Assembly: GCA_030758115.1 (NCBI GenBank)
Contig: JANREX010000102.1
Location: 2,530-66,529 of the forward strand
DNA length: 64,000 nucleotides
Direction of reading: 5' to 3'
Origin: Paracoccaceae bacterium
GTDB lineage: Bacteria > Pseudomonadota > Alphaproteobacteria > Rhodobacterales > Rhodobacteraceae
Part shown: positions 29,912 to 38,213 of the stretch, one piece after another
Numbering within the stretch: position 1 is the stretch's first letter
How the letters are laid out: each line of letters begins with the position of its first letter
The notes under the pieces: generated by a model
Database searches by the model: none
What the model saw: only the letters and a program-made list of their open reading frames with translations
What the model was told of the DNA's origin: nothing
Made by a program: the position numbers and the translations under genes

Positions 29912-31456
29912 ATGGACGGCACTACAGACCCCGCCCCACATGATTGGGGCCCGTTCGGGCGACCCCTGTTCAATGACGCCTCCTCGCGTGCTCTGTCACG
30001 GGTGGGCGTTGTCGATGTCGGATCGAACTCGGTGCGCCTTGTGGTATTCGACGGCGCCGCGCGCTCGCCTGCCTATTTCTACAACGAAAAGATCATGTGC
30101 GCCCTTGGCGAAGGGCTGGCCGAAACCGGCAGGCTGAACCCGCAGGGCCGCATTCGCGCGCTCAACGCGCTGCGCCGTTTTCAGAAACTGGCCGACGGGA
30201 TGGGAATCGCGCCCCTGACCGCCGTGGCCACCGCCGCCATGCGCGAGGCCGAGGACGGCGCCGAATTCCAGGCCCTGATCGAGGCCGAGACCGGGCTGAA
30301 GCTGTGGGTGATCGACGGCGAGCAAGAGGCACGCCTCTCCGCGCAGGGTGTGCTGCTGGGCTGGCCCGGCTCCTACGGGCTGGTCTGCGACATCGGCGGC
30401 GCCTCGATGGAACTGGCCGAGATCTCGGGCGGGCGTGTGGGCCGGCGTGTCACCTCGCCCCTGGGGCCGCTGAAACTGCGCGCGGTGCCCGGCGGCAAGA
30501 AGGGCCGCAAGGCGCATATCAAGGCGATCCTCGAAGGGCTGGCCGAAACCCTCGGCCCCCAGAAGAACCGCCTGTTTCTTGTCGGCGGGTCATGGCGCGC
30601 CATCGCGCGCATCGACATGGAACGGCGCGGATACCCGCTGCATGTGCTGCATGAATACCGCATGAGCGCGAAATCCATCGCCGCCACGATCGAATACATC
30701 CGCCAGAACGATCCGGTCGAATTGCGCACCCGCTGCGGCGTCTCCGCAGCGCGGATGGATCTGGTTCCCCTGGCCTGCGAGGTCCTCAAGGCCGTGGTCA
30801 AGACCTTCCACCCGCGCGACATCGCCGTATCAAGCTACGGGATCCGCGAGGGGATGCTGTACGAACAGATGCCGCAATCGCTGCGCGATCGCGATCCGCT
30901 GATCGAATCGTGCTATTTCGCCGAGGCCAAGGATGCCCGCATCCCCGGTTTCGGAAAGCAGCTCTACAACTTCATCCTGCCGCTTTTCAAATCCGCCTCG
31001 CTGGAACGCAAGCGCCTGATACAGGCCGCCTGCCTGCTCCATGATGTCAGTTGGCGCGCCCATCCCGATTACCGCGCCGAAGTCTGCTTCGACAATGCAA
31101 CCCGCGCCAACCTTGGCGGGCTGAAACATTCCGAACGCGTCTTCCTGGGGCTGGCGCTGCTGCATCGCTATTCCAACAAGCGCGAGGGAACGCGGTTCGA
31201 GCCGATGTTCCGCCTGCTGGACGAGGCCGCGATCCATCAGGCCGAAGTCGTGGGCAAGGCCATGCGCTTTGGCGCGATGCTCTGGCTGCAGCGCGACGCC
31301 CCCATGGGCGAAATGCGCTGGTTTCCCAAGAAAAAACTGCTGGAACTGCATCTGAGCGGCTCTGCCGGTGACCTCTACGGCGAAGTGGCCGAGGCGCGGT
31401 TCATGTCGCTGGCGGCCTCGCTGGGCGCGCAGACGGATGTGCGCATCAAGGGCTGA
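29912..31456 (+). CDS. ppx: Exopolyphosphatase (Ppx/GppA family)
   Basis: VVDVGSNSVRLVVFD ASKHA phosphate-1 motif and a HD-like C-terminal domain. ATG 29912 has AAGGAAAG upstream; the listed ORF starts at TTG 29858. Confidence 0.9.
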   Translation: MDGTTDPAPHDWGPFGRPLFNDASSRALSRVGVVDVGSNSVRLVVFDGAARSPAYFYNEKIMCALGEGLAETGRLNPQGRIRALNALRRFQKLADGMGIAPLTAVATAAMREAEDGAEFQALIEAETGLKLWVIDGEQEARLSAQGVLLGWPGSYGLVCDIGGASMELAEISGGRVGRRVTSPLGPLKLRAVPGGKKGRKAHIKAILEGLAETLGPQKNRLFLVGGSWRAIARIDMERRGYPLHVLHEYRMSAKSIAATIEYIRQNDPVELRTRCGVSAARMDLVPLACEVLKAVVKTFHPRDIAVSSYGIREGMLYEQMPQSLRDRDPLIESCYFAEAKDARIPGFGKQLYNFILPLFKSASLERKRLIQAACLLHDVSWRAHPDYRAEVCFDNATRANLGGLKHSERVFLGLALLHRYSNKREGTRFEPMFRLLDEAAIHQAEVVGKAMRFGAMLWLQRDAPMGEMRWFPKKKLLELHLSGSAGDLYGEVAEARFMSLAASLGAQTDVRIKG

Positions 31457-31471
31457 TCGCGGTCCCGCGCG

Positions 31472-31876
31472 TCAGATGTCGATCTCGCCATCGGCGGGTG
31501 GTGGCAAGGGTCCGCTTTCCGGCTTGCGGCGGATCAGGATATCGCCATTGGGCAGCAATTCCGGCGCCTCGTAAGCCGACAGATCGTCGATCCGGCCCAG
31601 CAGGTCCGCCATGGCCGGCCCCATGTCACGCATGAATTGCTGCATGGCGGGCCCCATCTCGACCATCAGGTCGCGCAGGTCCTCCAGGGCGGGCTCCATC
31701 TCGCGGCGCATCCCTTCCAGAAACATGCGCGCCCCGCGCTCCATCAGGCTTTGTCCCTGATCCGCCTCCTGCCCCTCGGGCACAGGGGGCGTGGGCGCAT
31801 CGCTGTCCTGCGCCTGCGCGGGGGCAAGTGACAGGCCAAGCGACAGAAGGGCGGCAAGGGCGAAACCATGTCTCAT
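31472..31876 (-). CDS. Secreted Met-rich hypothetical protein
   Basis: Signal peptide MRHGFALAALLSLGLSLAPAQA; 10 Met in about 51 residues, including two MGPAM repeats. No family recognised. Confidence 0.55.
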   Translation of the reverse strand: MRHGFALAALLSLGLSLAPAQAQDSDAPTPPVPEGQEADQGQSLMERGARMFLEGMRREMEPALEDLRDLMVEMGPAMQQFMRDMGPAMADLLGRIDDLSAYEAPELLPNGDILIRRKPESGPLPPPADGEIDI

Positions 31877-31907
31877 CCCTTCAATATAGGATGAATCGCG
31901 ATCCGTT

Positions 31908-32957
31908 TTAAGGTGCCAGATCAATATCCAGCGTCACCGGGTAATGATCCGAGGCATCAATCAGCGCATCGCGCAACTCAGGAACTTTCCAGCAGGCCGG
32001 ATCATGGAACGGATGCCAGATGCGCCAGCTTGGCTGCCGATCCATCAGGTCGGGCGAGATCATGATGTAATCCAGCAGCGCTTCGAGATAGCGATCCTGG
32101 TGCTGGATATAGAAACGCGCCGTCGTGGGGCTTGCCACGCCGGGGCGACGCTGCACCGCCTGGCGCGCATGCGGATCGAACAGGCAGCCCTCCGCCGGGG
32201 TGCCCTGCCCCGCCTCGCCCATCACCACCTCGACCGAGGACCGCCCGAACAGCCCCTCGTATTCATCCAGCCCCGGACCGTCATTCAGATCGCCCAGCAC
32301 GATCAGCGGATCGCCCTCTTCCAGGTGGCGGGCCACGCGGCGGCGCAGCCAGACGGCCTGCGCCTGCTGCTTGCGCCGGTTGGCGATGGCCAGCCGCATC
32401 ACCGCATCGCGCCCGCGCGCACCATGGGGCGCCTTGGATTTCAGATGCGCCCCGATCATGCGAAAGATCACGCCCTCCATCGTCGCCACCTCAAGCTCCA
32501 GCGGCGGTTTCGAAAAGCTGACCAGATCCTCTGTCCCGTCCAGATCAAGGTCGATCCGGAACACCCCGTCGAACCGCGGATCCGCGTCCGATCCCTTCTT
32601 GCCTGTCGCCTCGCCCTTCGGATCATGACGCGGATCCACGACATAGGGATCATACATCAGCGCGATTTCCTGCTGCGTGTCATTGGGGAACCCCATGATC
32701 GCCGATCTGCAGCGCAAGTCGAACGCATGCGCAAAGGCCTGCAGCGCCGCCACGGTAGACCGCTTGCCATTGTGATCGGGCGCCTCGATCACCATGACCA
32801 TATCGGCATCCAGCGCGGTAAAGACGATCCCCAAGGCCTCGAGCTGGCGGAACCGGCTGATCCCGAAGCGGCCCGAGGGCGCATCATCGGCCAAAGGCTG
32901 GCCTGCATCATCGAACAGGGAATTGAACCATTCCACGTTATACGTGGCGATCCGCAT
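31908..32957 (-). CDS. Endonuclease/exonuclease/phosphatase (EEP) family protein
   Basis: MRIATYNVEW start and C-terminal SDHYPV motif typical of the EEP fold. Its ATG overlaps the upstream stop (TGATG). Confidence 0.8.
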   Translation of the reverse strand: MRIATYNVEWFNSLFDDAGQPLADDAPSGRFGISRFRQLEALGIVFTALDADMVMVIEAPDHNGKRSTVAALQAFAHAFDLRCRSAIMGFPNDTQQEIALMYDPYVVDPRHDPKGEATGKKGSDADPRFDGVFRIDLDLDGTEDLVSFSKPPLELEVATMEGVIFRMIGAHLKSKAPHGARGRDAVMRLAIANRRKQQAQAVWLRRRVARHLEEGDPLIVLGDLNDGPGLDEYEGLFGRSSVEVVMGEAGQGTPAEGCLFDPHARQAVQRRPGVASPTTARFYIQHQDRYLEALLDYIMISPDLMDRQPSWRIWHPFHDPACWKVPELRDALIDASDHYPVTLDIDLAP

Positions 32958-33637
32958 CACCCCCGCATGGCCTCGATCTCGGACCAGGCGCGGTTGATGT
33001 CGACCATGCGCCGTTCGGCCAGTTGCACCGCTTCTTCCGGCAAGCCGCGCGCCACCATCGCATCGGGATGCGTCTCGCGCACCAGGCGCTTCCAGGCCGC
33101 GCGGATCTGCGCGATCGTCATATCGGGGCTGACCCCCAGGATGTCATAGGGATCCCCCCCCGCATCCGGCACGAACCGGCTGCGCAGACTGCGAAAGCGC
33201 TGCTCGGGCAAGCCAAAGGCCTCGGCCACCTGGGCCAGGAAATCGTTTTCCGCCGGGTGATAACGCCCGTCTGCCACAGCGATGTGGAACAGGCCCTCCA
33301 TCACGTCGCACAGCGTCTCGCTGCCCTCGCCGAACATGGTGCGGATCTTGCGCGCATAGTCGCGAAACCCGGCCACATCCTGCCGCGCCAGGTTGAAAAC
33401 GCGCGCGGCATCCTTCTCATCCTCGGGCGGGATGTGAAACACCTCGCGAAAGGCCGCGACCTCATCGCGCGTCACCTGACCGTCGGCCTTGGCCATCTTG
33501 GCGCCCAGCGCGATCACCGCAATGGTGAAGGCCACAGAGCGTTCGGGCGGGGCGCTCAGCCGGTCCAGAACCGCGCTCAGCCCCTCGCCCGAGGTCAGCG
33601 CGCCCAGCGCGTCCATGATGCGGGTCCAGATCGACAT
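32957..33637 (-). CDS. DjlA-like co-chaperone (TerB-like N-domain plus C-terminal J domain)
   Basis: J-domain DPYDILGVSPDMTIAQIRAAWKRLVRETHPD at the C-terminus; N-terminal tellurite-resistance TerB-like region. Confidence 0.8.
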   Translation of the reverse strand: MSIWTRIMDALGALTSGEGLSAVLDRLSAPPERSVAFTIAVIALGAKMAKADGQVTRDEVAAFREVFHIPPEDEKDAARVFNLARQDVAGFRDYARKIRTMFGEGSETLCDVMEGLFHIAVADGRYHPAENDFLAQVAEAFGLPEQRFRSLRSRFVPDAGGDPYDILGVSPDMTIAQIRAAWKRLVRETHPDAMVARGLPEEAVQLAERRMVDINRAWSEIEAMRG

Positions 33638-33767
33638 GGGCTTACCCTATCCTGTCCCCCGCGCGCTGTCAGCGGTGTTTGCGCGGCGGCCCGCAGGATT
33701 TTCCGCACTGCGGCATGCGCGCCAGCCCGTGCCACAGGGGCGGGCGGGCCCGACAGGGTCCGCTGGA

Positions 33768-34385
33768 TCAGCCCAGAAGCCGCATTCCATGCGGCGTGTC
33801 GATCTCGGCCCGCAGCGCGGTGATGCTGCCTGCTTCGATGGCCAGGCGCGTATCGTCGATCATGCCCGACAGCGCGCGGCGCAAGTCATCGGCGGCGGGA
33901 TGCGCGATCACCAACCGGCGCAAGCGGCACCCCGAAGGCGTCAGCCGCGCCGCCGGATGCGCCCCCTGCCACTGGATCAGCGAGGGGAAGGCCCCGCCGA
34001 AAGGCATGCGCCCGTCCCGCGCCACGGCCATCCGCCAGCGCAGGTCACCCCGCGCCAGGTCCACAGGCGCCCCCGCCCCGTCCGGCGCATGCGCCAGGGC
34101 CGCCTCCAGATCGTCGCAGCGACAGATCCAGGTGCCCAGCCGGGGCGCGCCGACAAAACCGTCAAGGTCGAACCAGCGTGGAACGGCAGGCGCGGGGGCG
34201 GCGGGATCGACCGCGATCACCTCAAGATAGAGCCCATCCTCCAACCCCAGCAGCAGGTTATGCGTGCCGAACCGCGCATGCTGCCCGCCCGCCTGCAAGG
34301 CCACGCCAAGTGCGGCCTCCACATGGGCGCGGCCCTCCTCGAGCGTTTCGGCGGCAACCGCCAGGTGATCCAGTTCCAACATCAT
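33768..34385 (-). CDS. VOC-family protein (glyoxalase-like domain)
   Basis: MMLELDHLAVAA..GTHNLLLGLEDGLYLEVIAVDP pattern; about 205 aa. Too long for canonical methylmalonyl-CoA epimerase, so not called as such. Confidence 0.7.
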   Translation of the reverse strand: MMLELDHLAVAAETLEEGRAHVEAALGVALQAGGQHARFGTHNLLLGLEDGLYLEVIAVDPAAPAPAVPRWFDLDGFVGAPRLGTWICRCDDLEAALAHAPDGAGAPVDLARGDLRWRMAVARDGRMPFGGAFPSLIQWQGAHPAARLTPSGCRLRRLVIAHPAADDLRRALSGMIDDTRLAIEAGSITALRAEIDTPHGMRLLG

Positions 34386-34386
34386 C

Positions 34387-34454
34387 GCTTCTTCTTGCCT
34401 GAAATATCCTCGGGGGGTGTCCCGCAGGGACGAAGGGGGGGCAGACAGCCCCCC
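34387..34454 (-). repeat. Intergenic mosaic repeat, copy A (hairpin 1, hairpin 2, core)
   Basis: Sense strand: GGGGGGC-TGTCT-GCCCCCC (34454-34436), GTCCC-TGC-GGGAC (34431-34419), CCCCCCGAGGATATTTCAGGCAAGAAGAAGC (34417-34387), then G and the ATG. Confidence 0.8.
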
Positions 34455-34464
34455 TTGCACCACC

Positions 34465-36594
34465 TCAGCCCCGCGCCGCGCGGATCAGGCGCAGGATGTC
34501 CTGTGCCGCCTCGGGGATATTCGTGCCGGGGCCGAAGATCGCCTTGACCCCTGCCGCCTTGAGGAAATCGTAATCCTGCTGCGGGATCACCCCGCCACAG
34601 ATCACGATGATGTCGCCCGCATCCTTGTCCTTCAGCGCCTGGATCAGCTGCGGGGCAAGGGTCTTGTGGCCTGCCGCCTGGCTGCTGATGCCCACCACAT
34701 GCACGTCATTGTCCACGGCATCCTGTGCGGCCTCCTCGGGCGTCTGGAACAGCGGGCCCACATCCACGTCAAATCCGATATCGGCAAAGGCGGTGGCGAT
34801 CACCTTGGCGCCGCGGTCATGCCCATCCTGGCCCATCTTGACGACCAGCATGCGCGGGCGGCGCCCCTCTTCCTCGGCGAAGGCCGCGACCGAGGCCTGG
34901 ATCGCGGCAAAGCCCTCATCCCCCTCGTAGGCGGCGCCATAGACACCGGCGAGCGTCTTCACCTCGGCCCGGTGCCGTCCGAAGATCTTTTCCATGCTCA
35001 TGCTGATCTCTCCCACAGATGCCCTGGCGCGGGCCGCCTCGACCGCGGCTTCCAGAAGATTGCCGCCTTCTGCCGCCCGGCGTTCCAGTTCGGCCAGCGC
35101 CGCCTGGCAGGCGGCCTCGTCACGGGTCGCGCGGATCTTTTCCAGCCGGGCAATCTGGCTGGTGCGCACCGCGGCATTGTCGATATCCAGGATGTCGATC
35201 GGGTCTTCCTTGTCCTTGCGGTACTTGTTGACGCCGACGATCACCTCGGTGCCGCGGTCGATCCGGGCCTGGCGTGTCGCCGCCGTCTCTTCGATCCTGA
35301 GCTTGGGCATGCCGCTGGCCACGGCCTTGGTCATGCCGCCCATCGCCTCGACCTCCTCGATCAGGGCCCAGGCCTTTTCGGCCAGCTCATGGGTCAGGCT
35401 TTCCACGTAATAGCTGCCGGCCAGCGGGTCGATCACATTGGTCACGCCGGTTTCTTCCTGCAGGATCAGCTGGGTGTTGCGCGCGATCCGCGCCGCGAAT
35501 TCGGTCGGCAGGGCAATCGCCTCGTCCAGCGCGTTCGTGTGCAGCGACTGCGTACCGCCCAGCACGGCCGACATCGCCTCATAGGCGGTGCGGATCACGT
35601 TGTTATAGGGGTCCTGCTCCTGCAGGCTGACGCCGCTGGTCTGGCAATGGGTCCGCAGCATCGAGGATTGCGGGTTCTTGGGTTCAAACTCGGCCATGAT
35701 CCGGTGCCACAGCAGGCGCGCCGCGCGCAGCTTGGCCGCTTCCATGAAGAAATTCATCCCGATGGCAAAGAAGAACGACAGCCGCCCCGCGAACTTGTCC
35801 ACATCCATGCCCGCGGCAATCGCCGCGCGCACATATTCGCGCCCGTCCGCCAGGGTATAGGCCAGTTCCTGCACCAGGTTCGCGCCCGCCTCCTGCATGT
35901 GATAGCCGGAAATCGAGATCGAGTTGAACTTGGGCATCTCGTCCGAGGTATACTGGATGATGTCCGAGATGATCCGCATCGAGGGTTCGGGCGGGTAGAT
36001 ATAGGTGTTGCGGACCATGAACTCCTTGAGGATGTCGTTCTGGATCGTCCCCGACAGCACCGCGCGGTCATGGCCCTGCTCTTCGCCGGTCACGATGAAA
36101 TTGGCAAGGATCGGGATCACGGCACCGTTCATCGTCATGGACACCGAGACCTTGTCGAGCGGGATGCCGTCGAACAGGATCTTCATGTCCTCGACGCTGT
36201 CGATGGCCACGCCCGCCTTGCCCACATCCCCCACCACGCGTGCGTGATCGCTGTCATAGCCGCGATGCGTGGCCAGGTCGAAGGCGACAGAGACCCCCTG
36301 CTGACCGGCGGCCAGCGCCTTGCGGTAGAAAGCGTTCGATTCCTCTGCGGTGGAAAAGCCCGCATATTGGCGGATGGTCCAGGGCCGGCCGGCATACATC
36401 GTGGCCTTGACGCCACGTGTGAAGGGGGCAAATCCCGGCAGGCTGCCCAGATGCGGCAGCGCCTGCACATCCTCTTCGGTATAAAGCGGCTGCACCTCGA
36501 TCCCTTCGAGGGTCTTCCAGGTCAGATCCTCGATCGGTCTTGCGCGCAACTCCTTCTGCGCCAGGTCACGCCACGCGTCCTTCTTGCTGGTCAT
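34465..36594 (-). CDS. scpA: Methylmalonyl-CoA mutase (single-chain, B12-dependent)
   Basis: 709 aa; substrate barrel plus C-terminal cobalamin domain with DxHxxG ([11 protein letters not shown]). Confidence 0.95.
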   Translation of the reverse strand: MTSKKDAWRDLAQKELRARPIEDLTWKTLEGIEVQPLYTEEDVQALPHLGSLPGFAPFTRGVKATMYAGRPWTIRQYAGFSTAEESNAFYRKALAAGQQGVSVAFDLATHRGYDSDHARVVGDVGKAGVAIDSVEDMKILFDGIPLDKVSVSMTMNGAVIPILANFIVTGEEQGHDRAVLSGTIQNDILKEFMVRNTYIYPPEPSMRIISDIIQYTSDEMPKFNSISISGYHMQEAGANLVQELAYTLADGREYVRAAIAAGMDVDKFAGRLSFFFAIGMNFFMEAAKLRAARLLWHRIMAEFEPKNPQSSMLRTHCQTSGVSLQEQDPYNNVIRTAYEAMSAVLGGTQSLHTNALDEAIALPTEFAARIARNTQLILQEETGVTNVIDPLAGSYYVESLTHELAEKAWALIEEVEAMGGMTKAVASGMPKLRIEETAATRQARIDRGTEVIVGVNKYRKDKEDPIDILDIDNAAVRTSQIARLEKIRATRDEAACQAALAELERRAAEGGNLLEAAVEAARARASVGEISMSMEKIFGRHRAEVKTLAGVYGAAYEGDEGFAAIQASVAAFAEEEGRRPRMLVVKMGQDGHDRGAKVIATAFADIGFDVDVGPLFQTPEEAAQDAVDNDVHVVGISSQAAGHKTLAPQLIQALKDKDAGDIIVICGGVIPQQDYDFLKAAGVKAIFGPGTNIPEAAQDILRLIRAARG

Positions 36595-37504
36595 CGTCTA
36601 GTCCTCTTGTCAGTGGATCGCGCTGCGGGGTTGTCCCCGTCTGATCGCGCGTCTTTTCGGTTACAAGTCTGGCCAGGCCATCGGCACCGGAGGTCAGCCA
36701 GAACAGATCGTCCTGATAGGCCTCCCGCAGCCGCGCCCGTTGTGCCGCGTCGAAGGGTTCGTACCGCCCCTCGTCTGATCCAAGCCGCGCGGGATCCTCG
36801 CCGCGCAGGGCCAGGACCTGACGCAGCGCCGCCATGTCGGGTCCGCGATTCAGCCACAGCCGGTGCTGATGGGTCGGCGCGGCCCAGTCGGCCGCCGTCA
36901 TGATTTCCAGCCGCCGTTCGGGGATCCCGCCAAAGGTTTCGTGCGGCAGTACCAACAGCTCGACCCCCGGCAAGGCGCAGGACAGATCGGTGATCACCTC
37001 GCGCCAGCTGCGCGGCTGCTGCGCGATCGCTTCCAGATAGGCGGGATCGGGCAGCGCGTGACCACGGCCGATGCCGAAGGACAGCGCCGAGGACCAATAG
37101 CTGTCCAGGCAGCGAATCGACAGAACCGCCCGCGTGATCTGCCCGCCGAAGGCTGCCGCATGCCGCGCCATCCGTTCGCCCGCGCCACGATAAAGCGCCG
37201 TGTCGCGCAGGTTGCGCCGCGGTGCGCCGATGATGTTCTCGTCCGTCACGATCAACTGGCGCATGCCGTTCAGCCGGGTGCGTTCGACCTGCAGGGCGAT
37301 GCGCCCCTTGGCCATGCGCGCCTGCCGTTCCAGCCGGGGCGATCCGTTCGCCGGCACGATCCCCGAAAACAGCCCGCGACGCGTGCGCATCGGCCCCCAG
37401 AAGCAGACGCCCCGTTCTTCCAGCGCGGCCGCATTGGCGCGCAGATAGGCCTGAAAACTGGTCGATGCGGTGCGATGTGCCCCGATATGAAGAATGATGT
37501 CCAT
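36566..37504 (-). CDS. Hypothetical protein, sulfotransferase-like N-terminus
   Basis: [18 protein letters not shown] resembles the PAPS-binding loop region of sulfotransferase-fold proteins, but degenerate. Its 3' end overlaps the mutase start by 29 nt. Confidence 0.5.
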   Translation of the reverse strand: MDIILHIGAHRTASTSFQAYLRANAAALEERGVCFWGPMRTRRGLFSGIVPANGSPRLERQARMAKGRIALQVERTRLNGMRQLIVTDENIIGAPRRNLRDTALYRGAGERMARHAAAFGGQITRAVLSIRCLDSYWSSALSFGIGRGHALPDPAYLEAIAQQPRSWREVITDLSCALPGVELLVLPHETFGGIPERRLEIMTAADWAAPTHQHRLWLNRGPDMAALRQVLALRGEDPARLGSDEGRYEPFDAAQRARLREAYQDDLFWLTSGADGLARLVTEKTRDQTGTTPQRDPLTRGLDDDQQEGRVA

Positions 37505-37682
37505 CGAACTGCGAGCCTTGTGCGAGGGGGCTATGACGAAGCGCCCGGAGGGGAAAAACCGCCCCGATCATCGTCCCGCACCCGTCACCAGGTCTTTAAC
37601 AGCGAAAAACTTTCGCCCCTCCCGTCGAAAGCCATTCGCATTTGGCATTGCACCGCCTATATCTGACAGGACAGGAGGCCGC

Positions 37683-38129
37683 ATGAAAAACATATTCGCC
37701 CTTGTAATCGCAGGATTATTGGCATTTCCCGCAGGTGCCGCAGACACCGCGGAAGGACCGCCCGCATTGCCCTTGGTCCAGGGCAGTGACGCAGATTTGA
37801 GCGAATTTTTATGGACAAAAAGACCGGTCGTCGTCTTTGCCGACACGCCGAACGACCCGCGCTTCATCGAGCAGATGAACTTTCTGAACGCGGATATTCC
37901 CGCGCTTTTGCTGCGCGACATCGTCGTGCTGACCGATACCGATCCCGCCGCACGGTCCGATCTGCGCCGCAAGCTGCGCCCGCGCGGGTTCATGCTGGTG
38001 CTGATCGACAAGGACGGCGGTGTGAAACTGCGCAAGCCCGCCCCCTGGGACGTGCGCGAGATCTCGCGCAGCATCGACAAGTTCCCGACCCGCCAGCAGG
38101 AAATCCGCGAGACCCTGGGCAAGGAGTGA
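37683..38129 (+). CDS. DUF4174 domain protein, secreted
   Basis: Signal peptide MKNIFALVIAGLLAFPAGA; RPVVVFA..VLIDKDGGVKLR pattern of DUF4174. Confidence 0.7.
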   Translation: MKNIFALVIAGLLAFPAGAADTAEGPPALPLVQGSDADLSEFLWTKRPVVVFADTPNDPRFIEQMNFLNADIPALLLRDIVVLTDTDPAARSDLRRKLRPRGFMLVLIDKDGGVKLRKPAPWDVREISRSIDKFPTRQQEIRETLGKE

Positions 38130-38213
38130 TCCGGCCCCCGCGACGCCACGCGCCGATCATCCCCCGCAAGGAGGGATGCGCGCGCGGCATATGCGGGGAC
38201 ACGGGTCATCGGG

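Noticed and set aside
33768-34385. Calling the VOC protein downstream of the mutase gene methylmalonyl-CoA epimerase
   Set aside because: The location is tempting. However, the protein is about 205 aa with a glyoxalase-like-domain pattern, unlike the roughly 135-aa canonical epimerase. It is left as a generic VOC-family protein.
34417-36903. 828-aa ORF on the + strand
   Set aside because: It is antisense to the methylmalonyl-CoA mutase gene, whose identity is unambiguous. Same compositional artefact.
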